From contig CAZKTX010000001.1 of assembly GCA_964555805.1 (NCBI GenBank), positions 1 to 55,481 on the forward strand: a DNA stretch of 55,481 bases. The letters are read 5' to 3'. A program made the translations under genes and the position numbers. Of this stretch, positions 8,473 through 17,514 are shown piece by piece. Below the pieces are notes generated by a model that worked only from the letters and a program-made list of their open reading frames with translations, searched no databases and was not told where the DNA came from. Source of the stretch: an uncultured Rikenellaceae bacterium (GTDB lineage: Bacteria > Bacteroidota > Bacteroidia > Bacteroidales > VadinHA17). Positions within the stretch are counted from its first letter, which is position 1. Each line of letters starts with the position of its first letter.

Positions 8473-9383
8473 TTCCTTTTAAATACATAAAGTTTATTAT
8501 CAAAGCTGTTTGCAGCGTAAATAGTTTCTCCGTCGGCCGAAGCCACGTCAAGCGGGACTGACTGGTTGAATTCATTGTTCACTGAAACGAATTCAACAAA
8601 TTTGCCGTCATGGTCAAGTATTTTGATTCTGTTTATTCCCTTCTCGGCAGTAATGAATCCCTGGGGAATCACTGCAAAATGGGCTGGATTGCAGCATCCG
8701 CAGAACGCGCCGGGAGCTGTTCCCGGTTCTCCGAATTCAGTTGTCTTTATCCCGTCAATTGTCCAGGTTTCAATCCTCCTGTGCCCAGTATTGGCAGCAT
8801 ACACAAGATTATCCGACACAGCCGCATCAAAATATGCGCTCGGAAGAATAAATTTTTCATCTCCCTGACCCATCATTCTGAGAACTTCACCGGACTTGTC
8901 GAGCACAAAAACCCTCTTGTTACCGGCATCAGCAAAAACAACATGCGCCTGACTTGCAGCTACAGAGGTTATTATGCTGTTTCCTTCATATGGACCCCAC
9001 TCGGTTATTAGTTTTCCGGTTGTTGAAATCAGGAGAATAGTCTCCGTTGTGGCCGCGAAAACAGTGTCACCAGTCACTGAAAGAGCAGTTATACCTGTTT
9101 CGGTTTCAAGAGACCACAATAAACCAAGATTCTGATCCAGGGCTGCAACAAATGCATCGCCGCCAAGAAATACTATTCCATTCGTAAGAACAGCTACGGA
9201 AGAAAGTGATCCGGACGGGTTCATGTATGTTTCATCGATGATCCATGCGGCATCATTTTCAACAGTGTTTTTGACCGCCTGTTTATCAGTTCCTCCTGAA
9301 CCCCTTGCCGCATCATAGATCATATATGCCATGAAGGCAAGAATTATTATCAGTGAAAAAATTGCTGCCGGTTTCTTTCCCAT
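8469..9383 (-). CDS. N-terminally anchored six-bladed (NHL-type) beta-propeller protein
   Basis: Likely start is ATG 9383 (MGKKPAAIFSLIIILAFMAYMIY anchor), 1 nt after the upstream stop; the track start 9428 is less likely. Repeated blades follow (VFVLDKSGEVL, RIKILDHDGKFV, KLYVFK), and there is a CGCCNP motif near the C-terminus. Confidence 0.6.
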   Translation of the reverse strand: MGKKPAAIFSLIIILAFMAYMIYDAARGSGGTDKQAVKNTVENDAAWIIDETYMNPSGSLSSVAVLTNGIVFLGGDAFVAALDQNLGLLWSLETETGITALSVTGDTVFAATTETILLISTTGKLITEWGPYEGNSIITSVAASQAHVVFADAGNKRVFVLDKSGEVLRMMGQGDEKFILPSAYFDAAVSDNLVYAANTGHRRIETWTIDGIKTTEFGEPGTAPGAFCGCCNPAHFAVIPQGFITAEKGINRIKILDHDGKFVEFVSVNNEFNQSVPLDVASADGETIYAANSFDNKLYVFKRK

Positions 9384-9384
9384 A

Positions 9385-10845
9385 TCAACTTTCTTTTCCA
9401 ATGTTAAGACAAACCATATTTCTTGCATCCCTCATAATGAGAAAATTTCCGGCTATTGCCATGGGGCCCCATGCCTCGATTCCATCGAGTATGTCAAATT
9501 GTGACACAAGGGTTGCCTTTGAACCCTCGATGTTGAAAATGTAAAGGTTTGCATCATCATCGAGAAGTATCAGTTTATCATCTTTCACAATATAGGGTCC
9601 GAGTCCCCGTCCGAATCTCATGTCCTTGCCGCTACTCCATACAAGAGTTTTCAGATCGGACTTGTTGTATGTAACCAGCTGTTTCTTGAGCGGACCAGCA
9701 TTTTCAGGCATTACCGACCAGACGTAATCACCTGTGAGGATCGGGGTCTGCTGGTCGCTTGAGATACCTTCCATGGCTTTGTGAGTCTCTATTACTGAAA
9801 CTGAGTATCCTGATCCGTCAAAGTCAATCCTTATTTTTCCTCCACCGGCTCCATAGCTGCCGAAAACCGCTATTTCACCATTGCCAAGGTAGAGGGGCGA
9901 GGCAGCTGTTGTCGCCGGGTTCCATTGCTTTGTTTTCCAGAGAACTTTTCCGACATCATTCCCTTCAGCAGCAACACCTACAACGCCTCCAACTGCATTG
10001 TAAACATACATCTTCCTTCCATGGATCACCATTGGAATTATAGAGCCATGCGACATCATCAGGGAGTCGGGGTTCGGCGTGCGCCACAGTATTTCCCCGT
10101 CAGAACAATTCACGCCTATCATCAGGGCCTTTCCGCCTGGAGCAAGAATCGCAACATCGTTATCAATCAGCGGACACTGGCCGGAGTAGAAATCAGGTGT
10201 AATTTTACCTTTGGAACTTCCGGGAACTCCAAACTCCTTTTCCATGTCGATTGTCCAGAAAAGCTTGCCTGAAACCGGATCGACACACATCACATGCGAC
10301 CTGGGTCCAACTGTAACCACGTATTTGTCGGTAACGGCAGGTATGGTTCGGGAATACCCGTGATTACGCTTCATATCGACATAATACCATCTCCTCCATT
10401 GCTCAGTACCTGATTTGAGCGAGAAACAGCGAAGCACATCCGCTTTTCTTCTTTCATCATAATCGAGAATGTATACCCTGCCGTTTTTGACAGCCGGTCC
10501 GGCATAGCCTTCTCCGAGAGTTACTTTCCATACAACGGGAGGACCAGTTGTATCCCACGATTCAGCCATGGCAAAGGTGTCCTTTACTATATTATCGAAA
10601 TTTGCACCCCTGAACCTTGGCCATTCGCCAGGAACCACCCCGTCAAAGGTGCCCAGCGAATCAAAAAACTCACCGACTATAATTTCCTCTGACCTGGGTT
10701 CAATCTTCGGTCTGTTATCCATCCCCGGCACCCTCAGTGCGAGTTCGGCAGGGTAATGATCGTCAGCCAGCCACCAGATAAGTATTGCAGCGAATATAAC
10801 CGCCGATACACCAGTTAAAAGCCTGTTATTTTTCCTTGATATCAT
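9385..10845 (-). CDS. N-terminally anchored PQQ-like beta-propeller protein, paralog 3
   Basis: TM anchor LLTGVSAVIFAAILIWWL. EWPRFRGANFDN entry motif and repeated propeller blades. ATG at 10845 overlaps the upstream gene by 20 nt. Confidence 0.8.
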   Translation of the reverse strand: MISRKNNRLLTGVSAVIFAAILIWWLADDHYPAELALRVPGMDNRPKIEPRSEEIIVGEFFDSLGTFDGVVPGEWPRFRGANFDNIVKDTFAMAESWDTTGPPVVWKVTLGEGYAGPAVKNGRVYILDYDERRKADVLRCFSLKSGTEQWRRWYYVDMKRNHGYSRTIPAVTDKYVVTVGPRSHVMCVDPVSGKLFWTIDMEKEFGVPGSSKGKITPDFYSGQCPLIDNDVAILAPGGKALMIGVNCSDGEILWRTPNPDSLMMSHGSIIPMVIHGRKMYVYNAVGGVVGVAAEGNDVGKVLWKTKQWNPATTAASPLYLGNGEIAVFGSYGAGGGKIRIDFDGSGYSVSVIETHKAMEGISSDQQTPILTGDYVWSVMPENAGPLKKQLVTYNKSDLKTLVWSSGKDMRFGRGLGPYIVKDDKLILLDDDANLYIFNIEGSKATLVSQFDILDGIEAWGPMAIAGNFLIMRDARNMVCLNIGKES

Positions 10846-12157
10846 ATGCGTTCAGAGCTTCACCATGCCTAACATAAAGCACACCGTTGTGGATAACCGG
10901 ATGCGCCCAGTAGGGGCCCGATCCACCTTTAAAATCAAAACTGCTTACAAGATCAAACTTAGCCGGATCAGGTCTTAGCAAACCAACCGAACCCTGCCGT
11001 TCATCAAAGATATACAGCATACCGTCGGCAGAGATAATTGATCCCTTATTTTTCCAGTGTTCCTCCCACATTAGCTTACCAGTTTTCCAGTCGAGGCAGC
11101 ACCAGTTTCCGTTTCCGTTGTTTATCCAGTTCGATCCGTAAAGATAGCCATCAATAACTACAGCCCCTCCATGATGAATATCCAGGATCTCATCCTTCCA
11201 GACAACTGTTGCTTTTTTACCATCGTCTCCTATATCTATCATCAGACCTCCATGATCATAGCCGCCGGTCATATAGATCATATTGCCGGAAATTACCGGT
11301 GTTACGCACAGGATCTGCTTTGTGTCTTCAATATCCTTTTTCCCCAGGGCCTCCCTATGGTTTATTTTCCATAGAATTGATCCGTTCGCCACATCAATTC
11401 CGAAAATGAAGCGCGGTGTTATGTTCACAAGAATTTTAGTCCCGGCTTTCTCTGTCAGTATTGGAGAAAGATAAGAGGCCGGGTCGTTAATGCTCTCCGA
11501 TTTCCAGATCAGTTCACCTGAGTTTTTATCAAGAGCTACTGTTGTAGTCTGAGGGCCTCCAGTAGTAAAATAAAGCTTTTCACCATCAATCATGGGTGAT
11601 TCGGCTATACCCCACGGTCCAAAAGTGCCTCCGTAAGACTCGCTTGCCTTAAGCGACCATATAATTTCGCCTGAGATCCCGTTTATACATGCAAGATCGC
11701 CGAATCCGCTCGATACGTAAACTTTTTCACCATCAACAGTGGGTGTACATCTGCTCTCCGGATATGATTTCTCCCAAGATCTGCCGTAAGGAGTTTTCCA
11801 TCTGATCTTTCCTGATGGATCAAGGGCCACAAGGACGTCATTTGACGCTTCCAGGCCTGTAATATAAACATTGTTATTCCCGAAGGTGGGAGAGGAGTTA
11901 CCCATTGGCAATACATTAGCTGACCAGATAAGTCCGGGGCCACCCTCAGGCCACACTTTAAGCAATCCCTTTTCCAATGATATGCCCGACCTGTCGTCCT
12001 CCCTCCATCCGGTCACTTCATTGTCGTCAATTGTAACCGATGAATTTTCAGATGGATTGACGATAACTTCGGGATCCTGCGAAATAAGATAGAAGACTCC
12101 GTATCCGATGGCGCCGATAATTATCAGGGAAAGCAATATGATAAGAATTTTTCTCAT
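10826..12157 (-). CDS. N-terminally anchored PQQ-like beta-propeller protein, paralog 4 (first gene of the operon)
   Basis: Anchor MRKILIILLSLIIIGAIGYGVFYL. Blades with G-x-I-x-W and KLYF/VYV patterns. A 228-nt non-coding gap lies upstream. Confidence 0.8.
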   Translation of the reverse strand: MRKILIILLSLIIIGAIGYGVFYLISQDPEVIVNPSENSSVTIDDNEVTGWREDDRSGISLEKGLLKVWPEGGPGLIWSANVLPMGNSSPTFGNNNVYITGLEASNDVLVALDPSGKIRWKTPYGRSWEKSYPESRCTPTVDGEKVYVSSGFGDLACINGISGEIIWSLKASESYGGTFGPWGIAESPMIDGEKLYFTTGGPQTTTVALDKNSGELIWKSESINDPASYLSPILTEKAGTKILVNITPRFIFGIDVANGSILWKINHREALGKKDIEDTKQILCVTPVISGNMIYMTGGYDHGGLMIDIGDDGKKATVVWKDEILDIHHGGAVVIDGYLYGSNWINNGNGNWCCLDWKTGKLMWEEHWKNKGSIISADGMLYIFDERQGSVGLLRPDPAKFDLVSSFDFKGGSGPYWAHPVIHNGVLYVRHGEALNAYDIKEK

Positions 12158-12385
12158 GTTTCTGTAGTTTGGTTTTTTGTAGTCGACATAATGTGCTTCA
12201 TAATACTATTAATGAATATTTTAGCCTCGATTTGCCGGATTCAGATATTGTGCCCGCAAGATATAAAAACTACTGCTATTAACTAAAAATTCATGCTTAT
12301 CAACATCTTCCGCAAATCAAGATTTAATGATTTTTAACAACCTTTCCGGTGCCTGAACTCCTGATACAGTTTGAAGCCCTCATCA

Positions 12386-13141
12386 TCAGGGGTTTCTGAC
12401 TATCCAGGCCTTGAATCCTGCAGCCCTGTTCTTGCTGACGTAAATGCGTTCGGGTGTTTCAATATCAAGAGTAACGAGCAAACGGCTGTCGAACCAGATT
12501 GTCAGATTCCTGACACTGTTCCTGGCAACGATGAACTGTTTGTTCGCCCTTATGAATTCCGCCGGGTTCAATGTGGATTCAATCTGATCAAGCGTCCCGG
12601 GATAGGAATACCAGTTGCCGTTCTTCAGGCAGACTCTTGTATTTTTGTCGGTTGTATAAAAGCATGAAACCTCGTCTATGCCTACCGGTTGAAGCTTATC
12701 CCTGACAGGGATAAGGATTTTGTCGCGGTGTGCCTTTCCGGGGGCAAGCTGGCTGAGCTGGGTAAGGTATTTGAGAATATCCTGTCTGGTGAGCTTTTTA
12801 AATTTTTCAAGTGCCCGCTTAAGGTCATCCGTTTTAATGGGCTTGAGAAGATAATCAATGCTGTTGACCTTGAACGCTTCAATTGCATATTGATCAAAAG
12901 CAGTAGTGAAAATAACAGGAGTTTCTATTGTCAGCCTGTCAAAAATAGAAAAAGCTGATCCGTCGGATAAATGAATATCCATCAGGATCAGATCAGGCAT
13001 TACATTGTTTTTTAACCATCTGACAGTCTGACTTATGCTTTCAGTATAGCCTGCAAGCTCAGTATCAGGTTCAATTTCCTTAAGTATCGCCACAAGGTTC
13101 TCATAGGCTGCAGTTTCATCTTCCACTATCAGGATTCTCAT
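12386..13141 (-). CDS. LytTR-family response regulator (receiver + LytTR DNA-binding domain)
   Basis: MRILIVEDE...DLILMDIHLSDG receiver, then a C-terminal LytTR-like segment (IPVRDKLQPVGIDEVSCFYT...FIRANKQFIV). Confidence 0.9.
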   Translation of the reverse strand: MRILIVEDETAAYENLVAILKEIEPDTELAGYTESISQTVRWLKNNVMPDLILMDIHLSDGSAFSIFDRLTIETPVIFTTAFDQYAIEAFKVNSIDYLLKPIKTDDLKRALEKFKKLTRQDILKYLTQLSQLAPGKAHRDKILIPVRDKLQPVGIDEVSCFYTTDKNTRVCLKNGNWYSYPGTLDQIESTLNPAEFIRANKQFIVARNSVRNLTIWFDSRLLVTLDIETPERIYVSKNRAAGFKAWIVRNP

Positions 13142-13146
13142 ATCAG

Positions 13147-14187
13147 CTATTTTAGAGGAAGAAAAACGCTAAAAGTCCTGCCATCGTTCTCAATTCTTAT
13201 TTTCCTGTTCAGCAGCAGCCAGAACCGGCTTTCCAGGTTTTTAAGCCCGGTACCATTTGTTTCAGGGGGTGCGAGCTTTGGGTAAACTGGATTCGAAACG
13301 ACAAGCTCGCATGCTTCATTGATCCAAATTTTTAGCTCCATCTTATGTTCACTGTCGATTGTATTATGCAGAACAAGATTCTCCAGAAGCGGAAGAAGTG
13401 AAAGAACAGGTATCTTAAGATCGTACTTGTCAGCAGGGACCTCATCCAGGAAAACCAGCTTCCGGGCAAAGCGGACTTCCATCATATAGCCAAAAGCCTT
13501 CAGAAAATCGAGTTCATCGGCCAGAGTGACCATTACTTTTCTGTCGCTCTGAAGGATATAGCGAAAAACATCTGAAAGCTTGTTTACATATTCAAGGGTG
13601 AGTTCATCGTTTTTTTTACGTATCAGCGATGTAAGTCCGTTCAGTGAATTGAAAAAGAAATGAGGGTTAATCTGATTTGTGAGGGCGCTATAACGACTCT
13701 CAAGATTCTCAATTCGCAACTGCTCAATCTCGTGCTCTTTTCTTCTCTGTTCTGAAAGGAGAAATGTAAGGTGCCCGGCAAGAGTGGAAAAAATAAAAAT
13801 AACAAAGAACTGAAAAAGGAGCAATCCTGTAAACCATTCCTGCTTAGGGCTCAAGACCAGGGAAAAACCAATGTAGATAATATAACCTGCTACAGTTATT
13901 ATAGAGCTGTAAGCCAATCTCTTACCGATATTGGGAGTTTTAAGTCTCCTCAGATTAGCTATAATAAGTACCCATGCCAGGCATGAGAAGTAAAGGTATC
14001 TGAAGATAAAAAACATAAGGTGGACAGTACTCTTTGCAGCACCCAGGTGTTCCCTCTCCATTGAGAAAAATGCAATGTTGGGATAAATAAAAAAAACCGC
14101 GCTGATCAGGCTGAATACCAACAACCTGAGAGGAGTGAATTTCTCCGGCAGGTCCTTCTCATCCAGCTTTTTAAAAAGAGTCTTCAT
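13147..14187 (-). CDS. Membrane sensor histidine kinase, LytS/YehU-type (His_kinase + HATPase)
   Basis: NPHFFFNSLN motif, about 4 N-terminal TM helices, C-terminal GTGLKNLESRF. The track start 14211 is TTG; the ATG at 14187 (MKTLFKKL) is more likely. Confidence 0.85.
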   Translation of the reverse strand: MKTLFKKLDEKDLPEKFTPLRLLVFSLISAVFFIYPNIAFFSMEREHLGAAKSTVHLMFFIFRYLYFSCLAWVLIIANLRRLKTPNIGKRLAYSSIITVAGYIIYIGFSLVLSPKQEWFTGLLLFQFFVIFIFSTLAGHLTFLLSEQRRKEHEIEQLRIENLESRYSALTNQINPHFFFNSLNGLTSLIRKKNDELTLEYVNKLSDVFRYILQSDRKVMVTLADELDFLKAFGYMMEVRFARKLVFLDEVPADKYDLKIPVLSLLPLLENLVLHNTIDSEHKMELKIWINEACELVVSNPVYPKLAPPETNGTGLKNLESRFWLLLNRKIRIENDGRTFSVFLPLK

Positions 14188-14236
14188 CTGATTCTGTTTA
14201 TCCTTTGCCAAACCGGATTAGCGGCCAGCAATGATT

Positions 14237-15529
14237 TTATCGCGCCACCTTGACACATTTAATCTGACCCTGATCCCTTATCAGGAGTTTACCACCAGCA
14301 AGTGCAATAGGAGCCCAGTTCTGGGTTGCAAACCTGGCATCAGCGCCTTCGGCAACATTCAGTAGTTTTGCTGAAGCAATCTGCTTGTAACCCGATGGAT
14401 CCGGCTCAATGAGGTAAAGAGAACTGGCTCCGTCTGTTGCAAGCAGAAGGCCGTCGACAAGTATCATACTGCCTTTGTCAAAGTTGGGAGCCCTCATTGT
14501 TTTCCACTTTATCTCTCCATTCATATCCATACAGACAAGACCTTCCCGCTTGCTGTTTGTGGAAAACTGTCCGTAAAAATAGCCATTATGAAGTATGGGA
14601 GGTTTTGTGTGTTCACCAAAGTCATTATGTTTGAAGAGTTCTGTCACAGTGAATGAGCCATCAGACTTCTTATCTACTTTAATCATAACAGTTCCAAGTT
14701 CATACCCGCCAGCCACAAGAATCTTATTCTGACCGGCATCAACAGCGCTTGCGACAGGAATACGGCAATTCCAGTCTGCATATTCCCACAATTTCTTTCC
14801 GTCCTGGGGTTTGATCCCGACTATTTTACCCATTTCGCTGTCCCTCTGCGATGCTGTTACCATCACAACATGATCCTCACCGGAAATCTTTATTATTGCA
14901 GGACTAACATAACCTGCAGCTCCAAGTGAGGGAGTTTTCCATTTGACCGCACCCGTAAGCTTGTTGTATGCAACAACACCAGCCTGGGGAGCCTGTGATG
15001 CAACTATAACCATATCGCCATAAACAAGCGGACACTGCGAAATGGCCCATGTAGGCAGTTTCTCTCCTCCGTAATCGGTCCAGATATTTTTGTTCCAGAC
15101 CGGCTTGTGAGTGTTGATATCAATGCAATAAAGATCACCGTTATGTCCTACTGAATATACAAAATTTCCGTCAACTGTAGGTACATATCTTGAACCCGGA
15201 AACATAACGGACCCCGGAGCGCTGTAACTGAATTTCCAGAGTTCCTTACCCGTGTTGAGGTCAAAACATCTGAGAGTTTCACCTACTTTGTCATCCCTGT
15301 CGAGGAGATATACTTTCCCGGCTTTAATTGCCGGTCCTCCAAAACCTGGTCCCACGTTTGCAGTCCAGAGCACTTCAGGTCCGCCCGCAGGCCATGTGCG
15401 CAGAATGCCCTTTTCAGCCGACTTGCTGTTCCTGTCAGGTCCCAGGAACTGAGGCCAGTCCTGAGCAAGTAAATTCGATATGCTGAGCATTGCAACCAGC
15501 ACTATGGCTAATAATTTTCCTCTTTTCAT
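14237..15529 (-). CDS. Secreted PQQ-like beta-propeller protein, paralog 5
   Basis: Signal peptide MKRGKLLAIVLVAMLSISNLLAQ. DWPQFLGPDRNS entry motif and propeller blades. Its stop is 25 nt upstream of the kinase gene. Confidence 0.8.
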   Translation of the reverse strand: MKRGKLLAIVLVAMLSISNLLAQDWPQFLGPDRNSKSAEKGILRTWPAGGPEVLWTANVGPGFGGPAIKAGKVYLLDRDDKVGETLRCFDLNTGKELWKFSYSAPGSVMFPGSRYVPTVDGNFVYSVGHNGDLYCIDINTHKPVWNKNIWTDYGGEKLPTWAISQCPLVYGDMVIVASQAPQAGVVAYNKLTGAVKWKTPSLGAAGYVSPAIIKISGEDHVVMVTASQRDSEMGKIVGIKPQDGKKLWEYADWNCRIPVASAVDAGQNKILVAGGYELGTVMIKVDKKSDGSFTVTELFKHNDFGEHTKPPILHNGYFYGQFSTNSKREGLVCMDMNGEIKWKTMRAPNFDKGSMILVDGLLLATDGASSLYLIEPDPSGYKQIASAKLLNVAEGADARFATQNWAPIALAGGKLLIRDQGQIKCVKVAR

Positions 15530-15708
15530 TCTTCACTAAAGTTTTTTTTGAAATGATTATTTCCTGCTTATTTAAAACCCTCACTATTTCCTTAATTCAC
15601 AAATTTCACCAATGAAATCATTTATGTTCGCCTGGCATTCGTTAAAAAGAAAAAAAGATTCCTGATCACGAAATTAGCAGGTTGACATAAGTATAAATCC
15701 TTATAATT

Positions 15709-17514
15709 CTATACAACACAATTACATTTTATGTATTTCCTCAGGGCTTCAACATTGTAAATGACCGGGTACATTTGTTCATCATACCACAGCATGGCGA
15801 AGTAAAGTCCTATTGGCGCTGCATTAATATTATTATTTTCAGGAAGCCAGTTGATGCCTCTCAAGGACTCAACAGGGTGTACTTCTGCAAGGGCGCTTAC
15901 TGCCAGCGAAGTCTCCTCCACCGAGCCTTCGATCCCTGACTTCCCGCCCCAGCTTCCGTCGCTGTTCTGCTGTTTCAGAAGAAATTCATGTGCTTTTCTT
16001 ACCATGGTTTCTATCCTGTTGATTTTATCTTTTCCGGTACGTTTACATGCAAGGGAATCGCTAAGGTAGATACATACCTTGGCAGTGCCGTAAACCGGAT
16101 TTGTTTTGTCAGCAGTCAGCTGGTTGCCAAACCATAACGGCAGCCATGATCCATCTTCCGACTGATTCTTTTCAAGGTAGGTTGCAGCCTTTGAAATTGT
16201 CCTGTTTATGGTGGCAAGCAGTTTTTTGTCCATTTTCTCATGAAGGACCTCAACCGATTTTAACAGGGCAAGAAGTGCATGTCCGGTCAGATCGGCACAA
16301 CTTTGGTCAAAAGGTAGTTTGCCCCAGCCACGACAGAATGTGGGGAATCCTCCGTCGCTGTTCTGAAGGCCGGTTAGCCACCTGCAGCCATTTTCAACTG
16401 CATCAATCTCGGCCTTCTTTCCTGAGAAGAGAAGCAGAAGAGCAAGAATAGCACCCGGAGTATCATCAGCATCGGGAACAGAGCCTGAATAGCTTGTCCA
16501 GCCCCAACCTCCAGGATTTGCCCCATTGAAAGGATGTTTTGTTTTATACTGAAGTTTCAGAAGGTGATTTCTGAGGGTGTCTGTTTCCTTTCGGTTCAAT
16601 ACAGTATTAATCTCTTCCCCCATGGCCTTGATTGCAAGGGTTGTCACCCATGTCGACAGATCTGTGTCAATAGGCCATCCGCCGTCATCCCGTTGCTGGT
16701 TCCGGAGAAAACCAAGTCCCTTACGAATAGTATTATTATCGGTCTCCCCGCATTTAATCAGACACATAGCGACAAAGCCCGTCAGCGGTATTGCTTCAAG
16801 AAAACCGCCGCTTTCGGGCAGAAGCATGTCTAATTTCTTTATGGCAGGTCTGATTGATTTCTCACGCAAATGTCTGATTCCGGGGAAACCTTTTTTCCTG
16901 TTACGATGAAGATATATTCCGACTCCGATGAGGGCAGGCAGGGCGTAGCTTACAACGCGAAGATTAAGGAACCTGTAAAAAGAGGCGGGCAGCAGGGTAA
17001 GTTCAAAGGGCAGACGGGGTATCATCTCAAGCGTCGACTGCGGCAATACGCCGCAAAGAGTCAGCATCGACAATATCGGAAGTGAAAATGTGTAATCTTT
17101 TCCGTAAACATTGAGAATCGAAGTGACGACTTCTGCCGATCCGATATTGATTCCCCTGCCGGCCAGCCATTTCTCCATTGACGCCAGTACATGGTTTCCG
17201 GAATAACCCTTCCGGCAGAAGAAAATTGCTGAATATGATAGGAGGGTTGTGCTCAGGTTGCTTACCGACTCCGGAGTATCACCGTAGCCTCCGTCTGCAT
17301 TTATACTGCTGCAAAGCCATGTAAAACCTTTCTCAACTCTTGGTAAATCAGAGGGATCACCCGACAATTTCAATGCAACGATCGATACTGCGGTGGAAAG
17401 TGCACTGGTCGATAACCTGCCTGTCCAGAATCCGTCGGAGTTCCGTTTAGATGTAAGGTTAGTAACAAGTTGGTCGTATCTTTGAGTAATTCTATCCATG
17501 TCGGTTTTAATCAT
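15709..17514 (-). CDS. Class II terpene cyclase of the squalene-hopene cyclase superfamily (DxDD type)
   Basis: Catalytic-type motif VPDADDTPGA (DxDDT). Several QW-like repeats: QQNSDGSWGG, LQNSDGGFP, NQSEDGSWLP, QQRDDGGWP, RNSDGFWTG. No signal peptide. Confidence 0.8.
   Translation of the reverse strand: MIKTDMDRITQRYDQLVTNLTSKRNSDGFWTGRLSTSALSTAVSIVALKLSGDPSDLPRVEKGFTWLCSSINADGGYGDTPESVSNLSTTLLSYSAIFFCRKGYSGNHVLASMEKWLAGRGINIGSAEVVTSILNVYGKDYTFSLPILSMLTLCGVLPQSTLEMIPRLPFELTLLPASFYRFLNLRVVSYALPALIGVGIYLHRNRKKGFPGIRHLREKSIRPAIKKLDMLLPESGGFLEAIPLTGFVAMCLIKCGETDNNTIRKGLGFLRNQQRDDGGWPIDTDLSTWVTTLAIKAMGEEINTVLNRKETDTLRNHLLKLQYKTKHPFNGANPGGWGWTSYSGSVPDADDTPGAILALLLLFSGKKAEIDAVENGCRWLTGLQNSDGGFPTFCRGWGKLPFDQSCADLTGHALLALLKSVEVLHEKMDKKLLATINRTISKAATYLEKNQSEDGSWLPLWFGNQLTADKTNPVYGTAKVCIYLSDSLACKRTGKDKINRIETMVRKAHEFLLKQQNSDGSWGGKSGIEGSVEETSLAVSALAEVHPVESLRGINWLPENNNINAAPIGLYFAMLWYDEQMYPVIYNVEALRKYIKCNCVV

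Noticed and set aside
12158-12385. Candidate LytTR operator repeats in the gap upstream of the 10-gene operon (CATAAT at 12186 and 12199; TTAATGA at about 12209 and 12323)
   Set aside because: The repeats are short, AT-rich and within chance expectation for an AT-rich spacer. They cannot be distinguished from noise without binding data.
15661-15700. Possible intrinsic terminator after the cyclase gene (minus strand: CCTGCTAATTTCGTGATCAGG followed by AATCTTTTTTTCTTTTT)
   Set aside because: The stem has only 4-5 bp with a mismatch, although the T-run is convincing. That is too weak to annotate as a feature, and I mention it only as a hint that the terpenoid operon ends here.
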